From positions 64,001 to 128,000 of the IMG/VR virus record IMGVR_UViG_3300037466_002980: a DNA stretch of 64,000 bases; one strand, written 5' to 3'. The notes below the pieces were generated by a model, which saw only the letters and a program-made list of their open reading frames with translations, ran no database searches and was not told the DNA's origin. Source of the DNA: a virus (Duplodnaviria; Heunggongvirae; Uroviricota; Caudoviricetes). Of the stretch, positions 44,149 to 54,548 are shown in pieces. How positions within the stretch are numbered: position 1 is the stretch's first letter; every line of letters starts with the position of its first letter. The position numbers and the translations under genes are program-made.

Positions 44149-46713
44149 TTAAATCATGATCGGCATTGGTGCATCATATCCAATATCGTCATCAGTTGAA
44201 ATATTGCTATTGATGGCTGCATGCGAATCATTGTCCCAGGTTGAAATATAATCTGTCATTCTGATTGCTAAAATCATTGCCATAATTAAATCATCTGTAT
44301 GTCCGATTCTGGCTTCAAATGTATTAGCTCTGGAAACAAATACTTTCAATTCAGAAACAATAGGTTTTGAATTTAATGTTATCTTACCAGATTCTACAAG
44401 ATACTTTAATTTGGCACAGGCTTCTAGTTTAGATTTATTTGTTGTCACAAATCCAGAACGTCTTCCATTTCTACCTTGCAATCTATTTTTCGGATCATGA
44501 AGCATTGTTCCGGGAAAGTTTTCCTCTCCAGTGTCTCTAATAACAACCAATGCAGCTTCACCTAAGGAATTACTTTCAACTGACCAATAAATTTCAGGTT
44601 TTCCATTTAGATAAATTTCTTCTAAAATTTTCTTCATTGTTCTAACCTGTTCTTCAACTGGCGATTTGTTATTACTCCATTCGGCAACTTGCGTTAATGA
44701 TGGCAATTCTAAGACCTGAATTGCAGAATTGTCGCCACCTGTTCCCATTGAAGGGTCGAGAGAAACAACATAGATAGCATCTGACCTAATTGGTGCATAC
44801 CATCTAACCTGACCTGTTCGATGTATTGGATCGATTGGTTTAATTTGATTTAATTTAATTGGATTAATTAATGTTTCTTCGAATGTAATGAATTGACATT
44901 CGTGTTCTCTTAAGAATCTATCCTCACCAATAGAAGCCATTTCACTATCTGCCCATTCTTGATTTCTTTCCGGGTGAGCTTTCCATGTTGCGATATATGG
45001 TCTAAATCCATTAATTCCAATTTCAGTTTCATTTCCATGGTGATCAATCATCTTATTTGCATTAAACCAAATATCAGCAAACTGGTCTTCGTCTGTATTT
45101 GGTGTTGATGTAATAATACACTTACCACCTGTTGAAAGTGTTGGAGAAAGTGATGTCCAGAATGCCTTCGCAATATTCGGTTCTACGAATGCGAATTCGT
45201 CCAAATAAACAAGTGATAATGACATACCACGACCGGTATTTTCTGTAGTTGTGGTAGCTATAATTCTTGAACCATTATCAAAATCTAAGGAACGTTTATT
45301 ATATGTTCTAACACCAGCACGAATATGATCGGGAATAGATTCATAGGCATATCTAACCCTGTGCATAATTTCCTGTGCACCATCGTATTTGTTTGAAGCG
45401 ATTAATATTGTTGCATCTTCGTTAAACATTGCGTACCAAAGAAGATAACCTGCAGCAACGGTTGTATTATGAGTAGGAATAAGCGTTTTTCCACATAAAA
45501 ACAAATGGTCATTATTATCTACCTGTAGACAACGCACAGGAACCGAACTTATTTCTTTGATATTCCTAATATAAATTCTTCTATTTTTAGGATGATTCTT
45601 TAACCTTTTTTGTCTTTCTAGCTTCCTCGGGAGACAAAAAATCTTATGAAAACTTGTATCCACTGAAAATGCAAATTGATAATTATCTTTATGAGTTGTA
45701 GTGCGTTTCTTTGTTGTGCTCTTAATTCCTAAGGTAGATAACAACAATCTAAATTCCTCTGCCAACTTTTTATTAGACTGATAAAACCTACTTACTCCAG
45801 TCTTTTCACAGGTACCATCGGTATCCATTAACCCACGCAGTAGTTCTAATCTATTCTCAATGGAATTAAAAATAAAATGTTGAGGAATGTGTTTATTTCC
45901 CCAAGCACCAGTTTTCTTTAAATCAGTTACCAATCCATATGTTGTAAAATTTCCTGTTCTTTCTGATCTAGGATCTAATCTAAAATCGGAAACTCGATAT
46001 CCTGCCTTCTCAAATTTAGATCTATAAGTAGGATAATCATCAATGGTACAGGTAATTCTTCCATCTGAAGTACCTCCGTCTCCAAGCCAGACTCCAAATA
46101 CATATGGATCTACCGGTAATTCTATTTCATTGAATTCTAATGGTTTCGTATATTCAATAAAAACCGATTGTCCTTTTCTGTTAAACTTCTTAAAATTAGA
46201 AATTAATTCTTCTGTATTTGTTGTAATAGAACCCTTGTGTGGAACATTATATGTCCATAGGTGATCTTTATCTGCGGTAATCTTTTCACCGTGCATGAAT
46301 TCAATTTCATAACATTGATGATTATTCATAATATCGGTTATGTATGTAACCGATGTAGGTTTTCCATTAGGACCGAAGATCGTATCTCCTACCTTTATAT
46401 CACCCACTGTTGTAAATCCAGTAGGAGTAATAATATGTGTATCCAGGCTAAGAGCCTTGCCCATCTGACGGCCAATCATGTTAATTGATTTTCTATATTT
46501 GTGATAATTTTTAATTAAATCAAACTGAAAATCATATAATTGAATCTTTTCTCTTCCACGCAATGGATGCTGAATATACATAAAATTACGAATGAAATAT
46601 TCAGCCCCTGTGGCAGGATCCATGCAAGCTCTTAATTCATCAATTTGCTCTTTAGTGTACGAAACCTTTGTATAGGCTCGTTTAACGAGTTTATCATCTT
46701 GATATATTGCCAT
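44149..46713 (-). CDS. terL: Terminase large subunit (gp17-like), intein-containing
   Basis: Walker A GRQMGK|TT split by the intein, Walker B VYLDEFAF, ITSTPN, nuclease LDPSMG and HTDDLIMA. Confidence 0.95.
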   Translation of the reverse strand: MAIYQDDKLVKRAYTKVSYTKEQIDELRACMDPATGAEYFIRNFMYIQHPLRGREKIQLYDFQFDLIKNYHKYRKSINMIGRQMGKALSLDTHIITPTGFTTVGDIKVGDTIFGPNGKPTSVTYITDIMNNHQCYEIEFMHGEKITADKDHLWTYNVPHKGSITTNTEELISNFKKFNRKGQSVFIEYTKPLEFNEIELPVDPYVFGVWLGDGGTSDGRITCTIDDYPTYRSKFEKAGYRVSDFRLDPRSERTGNFTTYGLVTDLKKTGAWGNKHIPQHFIFNSIENRLELLRGLMDTDGTCEKTGVSRFYQSNKKLAEEFRLLLSTLGIKSTTKKRTTTHKDNYQFAFSVDTSFHKIFCLPRKLERQKRLKNHPKNRRIYIRNIKEISSVPVRCLQVDNNDHLFLCGKTLIPTHNTTVAAGYLLWYAMFNEDATILIASNKYDGAQEIMHRVRYAYESIPDHIRAGVRTYNKRSLDFDNGSRIIATTTTENTGRGMSLSLVYLDEFAFVEPNIAKAFWTSLSPTLSTGGKCIITSTPNTDEDQFADIWFNANKMIDHHGNETEIGINGFRPYIATWKAHPERNQEWADSEMASIGEDRFLREHECQFITFEETLINPIKLNQIKPIDPIHRTGQVRWYAPIRSDAIYVVSLDPSMGTGGDNSAIQVLELPSLTQVAEWSNNKSPVEEQVRTMKKILEEIYLNGKPEIYWSVESNSLGEAALVVIRDTGEENFPGTMLHDPKNRLQGRNGRRSGFVTTNKSKLEACAKLKYLVESGKITLNSKPIVSELKVFVSRANTFEARIGHTDDLIMAMILAIRMTDYISTWDNDSHAAINSNISTDDDIGYDAPMPIMI
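45466..46455 (-). mobile_element. 330-aa intein with LAGLIDADG homing endonuclease; Ala1, class-3 (WCT) type
   Basis: Starts ALSLDT; block B TADKDHLW; LAGLIDADG motifs GVWLGDG and LRGLMDTDG; block F VRCLQV; ends IPTHN|T. Confidence 0.92.
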
Positions 46714-46716
46714 CTT

Positions 46717-47472
46717 TTACTTAGTTTCATTTAAGAAGCGTCTATAATTATAAACCAATTCTTTCTGAACTTCAGAGACCTGCATACGCTTCTGTTCTGG
46801 GTTATCACCTTGTCTTGCACCAGATGGGCCGGTATCTCTAACAACTGGACTATCTGCACCAGTTGGAAAATAATCATTTCCGCGTGCATGATTAATATCA
46901 TCATATCCATTGGTTAGGTCAAAATCTTCTTCAACAGCACTTTCTTCGAAACCATCATGACCACCGAAATCGCCATAATCTTCATCAGTTCCCCAACCAA
47001 CACTTGCTAATGTATCTGCATCAGCTTGAACTGAATCCATATCGTATGGTTCATCTGTTCCGACATGATCAGATAACAATGCATATTTAATTTCTTCAAC
47101 TTTTTCCGGAGCTAATCCTGCTTCTTCCATTTCGTGTTCGACAGTATTCAGTGCATCCTGAACATCAACGAAATTATCAATTAATTCATTGAAACGTGTT
47201 TGCCATTGTTCCATTTCTGGATCTGCTTCGCTTTCTGGTTCTTCGTTTTCAAATTCCATAGATTCCTCAGCCTTGCCATGCTTTTTATTATAGATAGACC
47301 ATGCTGTTGCAAATGCCTTTTCTTCATTACCCGGATATTCTTTTTTTAGTTTCATTACTAAATCTTCCATTCCGGGAGGTGCTTTTTCTTGTAATTCATT
47401 AGATTCTCTAACAATGACTTTTGATTGAACATTGACACCAGCTAATTCTTGTAATCTTTTTAATTCTTGCAT
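46717..47472 (-). CDS. Acidic head-associated protein
   Basis: Start moved to MQELKRLQELAG (47472); KAFATAWSIYNK. Confidence 0.6.
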   Translation of the reverse strand: MQELKRLQELAGVNVQSKVIVRESNELQEKAPPGMEDLVMKLKKEYPGNEEKAFATAWSIYNKKHGKAEESMEFENEEPESEADPEMEQWQTRFNELIDNFVDVQDALNTVEHEMEEAGLAPEKVEEIKYALLSDHVGTDEPYDMDSVQADADTLASVGWGTDEDYGDFGGHDGFEESAVEEDFDLTNGYDDINHARGNDYFPTGADSPVVRDTGPSGARQGDNPEQKRMQVSEVQKELVYNYRRFLNETK

Positions 47473-47473
47473 A

Positions 47474-48142
47474 TTATCCTGCCTTAAAAACGTTAGGTCT
47501 CTTAATTCTACCGAACAATCCAATTTGGTGTTGATCTAAATTCTTAGCATCATTAAAACCGTGATAATCTTTTGGCATCATTGATTGGTCAAATTGTTCA
47601 TCGGGACTAAGTGGAGTATTAACCTTTACCATTTCTCTTTCTTTTCTGACTTTTTCTAATTCTTTCAAGAAATCAGTATTATATTTTTCCCCATATCTTT
47701 CACGATCAGCACCTTCAACTTGTTCGTAATCACTTCCAAGCTGAGTTTTATACTTTTCTCTGTACTCTGGGGAACTACGATCGAGGAAAAGATCGGTTTC
47801 GATTTGTCTTGGATCATTTTGTGAATACACAGCAAGATTTGCTGGTGAAATTCCAAGATTGTTAGAAATAAATGTTCTTAAGAAATCTAAAGAAGCAGGA
47901 TATTCTAATGTAATTTGGCAAATAAAAACTTCCGAATTTTTTACATTAGGAAAATCTAGAGGACTCTCCTGAATAGGAGTCTTCTTAAAAGGTGAAGCTT
48001 CTTTAAGTTGATATTTTGAAAGACATGTTTCAAGCTGATCAATCATGACATCTGTCATTTCATTGACTGCAAACTTAAGGGTGTACTTATAGTCTGTTTT
48101 CACTTCAGCAACATAAGTCGCAAATGATTTAAATTCTGCCAT
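47474..48142 (-). CDS. Late protein of unknown function
   Basis: MAEFKSFATYVAE N-terminus; TPIQESPLDFP; late motif at 48166-48173. Confidence 0.7.
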   Translation of the reverse strand: MAEFKSFATYVAEVKTDYKYTLKFAVNEMTDVMIDQLETCLSKYQLKEASPFKKTPIQESPLDFPNVKNSEVFICQITLEYPASLDFLRTFISNNLGISPANLAVYSQNDPRQIETDLFLDRSSPEYREKYKTQLGSDYEQVEGADRERYGEKYNTDFLKELEKVRKEREMVKVNTPLSPDEQFDQSMMPKDYHGFNDAKNLDQHQIGLFGRIKRPNVFKAG

Positions 48143-48164
48143 TATAATAACTCCAGTATTACTG

Positions 48165-48674
48165 CTATTTATCAGATTTTTCAGTTTTACTGGATACTAT
48201 ATATTTAAGGAGCTCATTGCGATCAAATTCACCGGAATTTCCGGATCTAGAAGCAGCCGGATTGTCTTCATCTTGTTGATCTACTCTCATTTTCTTAATT
48301 TGAAGTTCGATCATTCGAAGTTTCTTTTCAGCCTTTGCATTTTTTGCTTCTAATGCTGTTTTCAACATCTGTCCTGCTACTTCGAATATCTTTCCGGCAT
48401 GCATATCAGGAACATTTGCACCAAGCGTAATTAGATCATCGAATGTCTTAACCGCTTTATCAGCAATATCATCCATTTCATTATCATGAGTATCTAAACC
48501 ATTGACTGTGGGAAGTGCAGAGTCGATTTTTTCAGCATTAGTAAGTGAAGAATATATTTGCTGTGCTTCAGAAAATAATTCTTCTTTTGTTTTTGTAACT
48601 ACTTCAGTCGAGGCAGATTCTGCCTCTTCAGACATAGGTGGAATCTGGAAAAAATCCTCTATTTTTTTTGTCAT
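48165..48674 (-). CDS. Helical protein, candidate terminase small subunit
   Basis: Size, helical pattern, IFEVAGQMLK and DRNELLK tail, position near terL. Inference only. Confidence 0.45.
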   Translation of the reverse strand: MTKKIEDFFQIPPMSEEAESASTEVVTKTKEELFSEAQQIYSSLTNAEKIDSALPTVNGLDTHDNEMDDIADKAVKTFDDLITLGANVPDMHAGKIFEVAGQMLKTALEAKNAKAEKKLRMIELQIKKMRVDQQDEDNPAASRSGNSGEFDRNELLKYIVSSKTEKSDK

Positions 48675-49111
48675 GCTTTACCTTTCGGGTTGTTGAAGAT
48701 ATTTTCTTCGTTCATTACCCTAAATGTCATGCCATGATATTTGGCGAAAGCCTGTGCTGCTGCCCATTTATAGGTATTCAATGCGAACGCTGCCTTAGCC
48801 TTTTGAGATTTAGCCTTTTCTAAGAAAGTCTCCTTGGCGGGCTTTACTTCAATAATCTCAGTTTTTTGATTACCTTTAGCATCTACATAAGTAACCACGA
48901 AATCTGGCACATACACAGTATATTTACCAGTAAATGGATTTTGATAAGGGATTTTCAATGATTCACTAGCCCATTGAATAATATTTGGATGAACATCAAA
49001 TTTTTGCATTACCTTAAATTCCCACGAGGAACGAAAGATTATAGGATGTTTTCCGACATATTTGTCTGGATTAACAGGTTTATAAACTCCTTGCACATAT
49101 GAACGACTCAT
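48671..49111 (-). CDS. Head completion nuclease (T4 gp4-like, TnsA fold)
   Basis: NPDKYVG, FRSSWE, WASE, YVPDF, IEVKP and KWAAA. Confidence 0.9.
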   Translation of the reverse strand: MSRSYVQGVYKPVNPDKYVGKHPIIFRSSWEFKVMQKFDVHPNIIQWASESLKIPYQNPFTGKYTVYVPDFVVTYVDAKGNQKTEIIEVKPAKETFLEKAKSQKAKAAFALNTYKWAAAQAFAKYHGMTFRVMNEENIFNNPKGKA

Positions 49112-49581
49112 GATCGAATTTGTCTGGCCTGTGGACTTAAACTATTATTCACTGACGTAACCATACCAACTTGATTACCCGGATCACGAAGATTATTAAA
49201 TGCACGATAGGCATTTTCTGAAAACAATAATCTTCCATTTATTTCTGATTTTTCTATTAATGATTGCGGAGTTTGCCCAGTCATTGCTGCCATATCAATA
49301 ACTAGTGCTGCCATTGTATCAGCATACAGATTACCTACTCCTCTGGATAAGAAAAAAGATTTTGTCGAATCATATGCCGAAGGTGAATAGCTACCGACAA
49401 CACCCGCACCAAGCGCAGATTGAGTTAAGGAACCTGCATTAGGAAAAGCTACCGGACCTGATGCATATTTAAATGTGTTTGTTGGAACTCCATTTATAAT
49501 TTTAACTGTTCGCTGAGTTCCAAGATATGTAAGCATCTGTGAACTAAAACGACCAAGAGATGCAATATTTGAATTAGACAC
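49108..49581 (-). CDS. Putative virion protein
   Basis: 157-aa ORF in the tail operon. Confidence 0.6.
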   Translation of the reverse strand: MSNSNIASLGRFSSQMLTYLGTQRTVKIINGVPTNTFKYASGPVAFPNAGSLTQSALGAGVVGSYSPSAYDSTKSFFLSRGVGNLYADTMAALVIDMAAMTGQTPQSLIEKSEINGRLLFSENAYRAFNNLRDPGNQVGMVTSVNNSLSPQARQIRS

Positions 49582-50839
49582 CCGGATTTCCTCCTATTCT
49601 GCTAATATCCTGATAAGCAGTTGATAATAACGAAGCTGTCGAAGAAAACGGTCTAGTCAATATATCTGGAGCACTTTGAGGATGATACGGTGTTGGAGAG
49701 ATATTAGCTAATCCATCTAACGCACTGGCACTAACACGTCTTACTACCTGGTCAGAAGCAAATGCACCTGCTACTGAACCTATTGTAGATTGAACATTCT
49801 TACCGATCTGTTGAAGTATTGGATTATCTGATTGCGATAATGGGTTATTCGAATCAATAAAGTTATTCAATGTTGCAGTAAATGCTAAGGCAGGTAATTC
49901 AAGGAAATCACCATGCGAATATTGGTCAATATTAGAATTATTATTTGCCTCTGTTCCACCTAATTTCATATTTTGAATGTTATAATAGGCATATTCGTAT
50001 TCAAAGGTAAAGGTTAATTCTAAAGTCTTACCACCCTCTCCATAATTTAATATATCATGATTAAACGCCGCAACTCTTGGATTAACTAATGTTACCTGAT
50101 TGAATCTTCCGGCATGAACTTGATATATATCGATTGTTTGAATTAGATTTCTGACATTGGCAACTGTAGGTAAATTAAATCCAAATTTATGATTATTCAA
50201 TGTATCTGAAACAATATTCTGTGTATCTTGTTTACTACCAACCGTATCTGTTGGAGAATTAAATGTTGATGATGTATTCCCTTGAAATAGATTTGTTATA
50301 CTAGCTGGTAAATTTAATAAATTTGGATTGAAAGATGGTGTGATATTATTTAAAAATTGCTCTACAGAATAACTGCTCTTTCCATTTTGACTTTGTTTTG
50401 CTTCATTCTTACCCGGTTCGTTTCCATCACCGAAGTAATATCTATAATACATTTCCCAAAATTTTAATGTCTTTCCATCCACTACATCATGAAATACAAC
50501 TTTAATTGGTTCAAACTGAATTTTAGTTTGACTTATTCTTTTTCTATTATATTGATTTAAGGGTGTGGTTTCGATTTTAAACGATGGCATTTCCACTGCC
50601 TTAACAAGTGGAGCAATTTGATCCCAGGTAGTATTATTAAAATATTGTTGAATATAGTAGGCAGCCGTTCCTACATTATTCAAACTAATATTAATATAAT
50701 ATTCAAAGGGCAGCCTTGGTTGGTTAATGTATAGAGTTTGCGCTGTCTGATTGAAATTATACGTAGCATGGCGCGTGCTTTTTTCATACATGAAACCGGC
50801 ACCGGTTAGACCTGTGAATAAACTTGAGATAGATGGCAT
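49574..50839 (-). CDS. Tail tube-like / baseplate-tube junction protein
   Basis: NQYNRKR...FEPI.V.FHD and LTFEYE tube-fold motifs; follows the tail tube gene. Confidence 0.65.
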   Translation of the reverse strand: MPSISSLFTGLTGAGFMYEKSTRHATYNFNQTAQTLYINQPRLPFEYYINISLNNVGTAAYYIQQYFNNTTWDQIAPLVKAVEMPSFKIETTPLNQYNRKRISQTKIQFEPIKVVFHDVVDGKTLKFWEMYYRYYFGDGNEPGKNEAKQSQNGKSSYSVEQFLNNITPSFNPNLLNLPASITNLFQGNTSSTFNSPTDTVGSKQDTQNIVSDTLNNHKFGFNLPTVANVRNLIQTIDIYQVHAGRFNQVTLVNPRVAAFNHDILNYGEGGKTLELTFTFEYEYAYYNIQNMKLGGTEANNNSNIDQYSHGDFLELPALAFTATLNNFIDSNNPLSQSDNPILQQIGKNVQSTIGSVAGAFASDQVVRRVSASALDGLANISPTPYHPQSAPDILTRPFSSTASLLSTAYQDISRIGGNPGV

Positions 50840-50867
50840 AATTAACTATTTATCATCAGAAAATATT

Positions 50868-50896
50868 CAAAAAAATACCCCGAAAATCGGGGTATT
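50868..50896 (-). terminator. Intrinsic terminator after tail tube
   Basis: AATACCCCGA-TTT-TCGGGGTATT-TTTT. Confidence 0.8.
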
Positions 50897-50913
50897 GTTT
50901 AGTGAAATAACTA

Positions 50914-51531
50914 TCATCCAAAAGTTGTACCACCAGTTGGGCTGGCGATATCTGGGTATGGATTTCCACCAACTGTTGTACCATCGTTGGTGTTTGGACC
51001 AGCAATGTTGGTAGCATTATCGTAACGAATGGTTAGTGTGACCATTTGTGATTCACCGCTCGCATAATCTCCATCGTCGTATTGTGCACCGGTTAACCAA
51101 CAACCTTCAAGGTTCCAAAATTCGAGAGCATCATTATCAGTACCATCTAATGACTCAATAGTCATGGTAAATTTATAATTGATACCAGCAACAGCACTTG
51201 TCTGTTCAAAATGGTTCATTTGTTTCTGAACTTGAGCACCTACAGACGAAATAACTGAGTTTGTTATATCGTCACGTAATTTCAATTCAATTGGTTCAAA
51301 TGAGTGTTTACCCTGAATCCATGCAACAGAGTTATAGGAATCAAGTTTAATATCTTCGTAGGTGATTTTTGGTCGTGTGCAAGTAACCACGTTTGCAGTC
51401 ATTTCACGTAATCCATTATTTTCACCGAAATTCTGAAAGGTTACTCTAAAACGATATTTTTGTTTTGGTTGAAGAATACCTAATGGAGTTCCGTCTAATG
51501 GGACACCGAATTTACCTAATGTACTTGGCAT
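50914..51531 (-). CDS. Tail tube protein (gp19-like)
   Basis: PKQKYRFRV, GKHSFEPI.L.LRDD, W.LEGCW and LTIRYD; directly after the sheath gene. Confidence 0.85.
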   Translation of the reverse strand: MPSTLGKFGVPLDGTPLGILQPKQKYRFRVTFQNFGENNGLREMTANVVTCTRPKITYEDIKLDSYNSVAWIQGKHSFEPIELKLRDDITNSVISSVGAQVQKQMNHFEQTSAVAGINYKFTMTIESLDGTDNDALEFWNLEGCWLTGAQYDDGDYASGESQMVTLTIRYDNATNIAGPNTNDGTTVGGNPYPDIASPTGGTTFG

Positions 51532-51595
51532 AATTTCTCCTGCTCTAAAAGCTAATACTATTTATCAATTCGAAGAAATTTTCCTTCCAGTGGTC

Positions 51596-51625
51596 AAAAA
51601 AATACCCATACAGTAGTATGGGTAT
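51596..51625 (-). terminator. Intrinsic terminator after tail sheath
   Basis: ATACCCATAC-TACT-GTATGGGTAT-TTTTTT. Confidence 0.8.
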
Positions 51626-51646
51626 CTAGAGTCCTAAAAATACCTA

Positions 51647-54436
51647 TTAGGTATTTGTTAAACTTGTACCAGTATTTACGATACGGATTGGAATATAGAT
51701 AAATTCGATAGCCTTGGTTGGTTGAATTGCAACATCAATCCAAAGTTCATTTCTATCGATTCTAGCTGGTGTGTTATTGCTTGTGTCACACACAACCAAA
51801 TAATCATATAAACCACGTAACGTAATAAGCTCAGATAGGAATCTGTTAAACGCTTCTGTTACAGCCTTACGTGTGATTGAATCGTTTGGCTGGAACAAGA
51901 ATGGTTGAGCTAATTGGTCAAGTTGATAGCGCAAGTAGTTTTCTAAACGAACTACGTTGATACGATCAGTCGCGCTCGCATACGATTGTCTTGTCTTCTG
52001 TCCATAAATTACAATACCACCATTTGGCATTGTTCTAATTGGGTTAATTCCGTTTTGATATAGAATATCACGTTGACCTTCGTTCAACTTAACCGGAACA
52101 TATTGACCAGAACTGTTAACATAACCAACTGATGCAGCATTGTTTACAACACCACGTTGTAGACCAGCTGGTGCAAACCATGGATATGCTACCTGATCGT
52201 TGTAAGCAATAGTTCTAAGAGCCATATGCGAAGGTGGAACAACAACATCTGTTCCATCAACATTGGTACTCAATCCCGATGGATACCATGCAGCAAAATA
52301 CTTACTTGCCGAAATTAAACCATCAGGTCCATTATCGATTGCCGCAGAACTATTGGTTGCCCAATTTTGTAAAGAAGTTCCAGTTGAAGATAATGTAAAT
52401 GGTGTATCACCAACGACAAATGCCGTATCTTTTCTATCATCGTTAAGTGCTAACATTTCATCAATAGCTTCAACAAATCCCGGAGCAGCAATTAGGTTAA
52501 AGAATAAATCTTCTGCTCTAATTTCTTCGTTACCAACAATCTGTGCTTGAATTGCATCAACAATAACATGTTGTTGAGCGGCGGCACCCATATATGGAAC
52601 ACCGTTTGCTTGATTTCCGGACTTATTAACCCAACGACCTGTTGAATTATTATTTGTATCATCAGCAGAAGCTGTTACTCCATCAAATACATATGGAGAA
52701 TGCCATTCTTTCACGTTATCCGATGAGTATCTTGTATTCCATAGCAAGAATCCTTTTGGATAAAGTGCTGCATTAGGTGCATCTGGATCCAAGTCTGGAT
52801 TATTTCCACCGCCGTTGTTTTCGCCAGTATATGTACCATTATGGTATAATGGGTTAGGACGAGCATCTTGGAAAATAATACCATTTGGGGTAGTCTGATC
52901 TGAATTACTGACCAGTGCCCATGCCGAACCACTCCAACGATAAATTACAGGATATGGTTGAGCATCTGTCTTAACCCAAATATCACCCTTAATTAATGTT
53001 GGTGCTGGAACGTTGTCCTGTGGATCATCCGCCTGTGGATACAATGTTGGAGAACCAACATCAACCGGAATAGCATTAAATCCTGGAAGATTAATATTAA
53101 TCCAAGAATCAACACCGTTAGCCATTAAAATATCAATTGTTGAAGTACCATCACTATTAAGTCCAAGCAACGAATTAAACCACAATTGTCCATTTGTCGG
53201 ACCTTGTGTTGGTGTTGTCTTTGAACCAACGATAGTTTCTAGAGCACTCCATGGGCCCGAAGCTCCACTGGATAACCTAAATTCAAACGTATTATTTGCT
53301 GTAACGCCTGTACCACTTTGAACTGGCTCAATGTAAATCTTTCCATTTGAACCATTTGTATCAGTACTATAATATGTATTAGCTGCCGAGTCACTTGCAA
53401 GAATTGGAGCTTCAACCTGCAAGAATGATTGTGCGGTTGCATCCATTTTACGCAATACAAGGTTTGCTCCTTGTGCTGCAGATGTGGTCTTAACCCAATA
53501 TTCTTGTGTTGTTGAAGAACTTGTTAAATCTGGCCAAACAGCCTGAATTGTCATTTCAAAAGATGCTTTTACAACAGTAGCACCACCGGATAAAGCAACA
53601 CTTGGAGCATTATTAACAGTAAAAGTAGTAGAACTATTAACTGCGGTAATCACTGTATCAGCAGCAAAAGTACCTACACCGGCCGAAATTGTTGGAATCA
53701 TACCAACTGCAAGTCCTGTGGTACTTCCTACCGTAATAACTGTGCTGGCAGATGTGGCGCCGGCTGCAGAAGTATATGCGGTTGTTCCAATTTGGGTCCA
53801 TGTGCTTCCCACCTTTCTCCAATATGAAAGCATACCAGATGCGGTCTGGAATACAACTGCATGATTACCATCAACACCATCAGTGTTAATTGGTGTATTG
53901 CTTGTACCAGTCGAAAAATTATATACGAAATTTGGTGTTACTGCTGTCCATACTTCGTTGGGTGAAGTTCCTGTACGAACAAATAAACCATATGAAGAAC
54001 CAGTTGGCAATGCAGATTCATCAAACCAATATGTACCGGTTGCGGCAGCACTAGTTGGTGCTATCGGGGTTGGTTCTAATTGTGATGTATCAACATCAGC
54101 ACGAACTACTCGCACTAAATTCGATAAACCAAGATATGAATAAGATGCCAATAAACCATATTCGTTTAATGGATATCCATTTAATGAAGTACCACTAATT
54201 GAATAAAATACAGGATCACCAAAAGTAGAAACTAGTTCTCTTTGAGAAGTAATAGACCATACCTTTCCAGCAGTCGCCTTAGTGGTTCCTGGTGCAACGG
54301 TTGCCTGGCCGGTAGGATCTGCCTTATCCTGTTGAGTTGCGATGAAGATTAAAGGTACTGTACCAGGTCCTGCACCAACATTGATGCTCTGATCGATAAC
54401 TGATATGCTTACGCCTGGAGATAGTAAAGTTGCCAT
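51647..54436 (-). CDS. Contractile tail sheath protein (gp18-like) with large insertion domains
   Basis: LLSPGVSISVID, FGDP, PWFAPAG..RG, INPI, GQKT, DRINV.RL, CD.SNN and IEFIYIP. Confidence 0.95.
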   Translation of the reverse strand: MATLLSPGVSISVIDQSINVGAGPGTVPLIFIATQQDKADPTGQATVAPGTTKATAGKVWSITSQRELVSTFGDPVFYSISGTSLNGYPLNEYGLLASYSYLGLSNLVRVVRADVDTSQLEPTPIAPTSAAATGTYWFDESALPTGSSYGLFVRTGTSPNEVWTAVTPNFVYNFSTGTSNTPINTDGVDGNHAVVFQTASGMLSYWRKVGSTWTQIGTTAYTSAAGATSASTVITVGSTTGLAVGMIPTISAGVGTFAADTVITAVNSSTTFTVNNAPSVALSGGATVVKASFEMTIQAVWPDLTSSSTTQEYWVKTTSAAQGANLVLRKMDATAQSFLQVEAPILASDSAANTYYSTDTNGSNGKIYIEPVQSGTGVTANNTFEFRLSSGASGPWSALETIVGSKTTPTQGPTNGQLWFNSLLGLNSDGTSTIDILMANGVDSWININLPGFNAIPVDVGSPTLYPQADDPQDNVPAPTLIKGDIWVKTDAQPYPVIYRWSGSAWALVSNSDQTTPNGIIFQDARPNPLYHNGTYTGENNGGGNNPDLDPDAPNAALYPKGFLLWNTRYSSDNVKEWHSPYVFDGVTASADDTNNNSTGRWVNKSGNQANGVPYMGAAAQQHVIVDAIQAQIVGNEEIRAEDLFFNLIAAPGFVEAIDEMLALNDDRKDTAFVVGDTPFTLSSTGTSLQNWATNSSAAIDNGPDGLISASKYFAAWYPSGLSTNVDGTDVVVPPSHMALRTIAYNDQVAYPWFAPAGLQRGVVNNAASVGYVNSSGQYVPVKLNEGQRDILYQNGINPIRTMPNGGIVIYGQKTRQSYASATDRINVVRLENYLRYQLDQLAQPFLFQPNDSITRKAVTEAFNRFLSELITLRGLYDYLVVCDTSNNTPARIDRNELWIDVAIQPTKAIEFIYIPIRIVNTGTSLTNT

Positions 54437-54548
54437 TGTAATTTTAACTCCTTAGAAGAATTATATTCTTTGTTATGAGTATTTATCAAGGCAACTAACA
54501 AATATAATGGAAATACCACCAGATAATTTCCAATAGGAATTAGATTAT

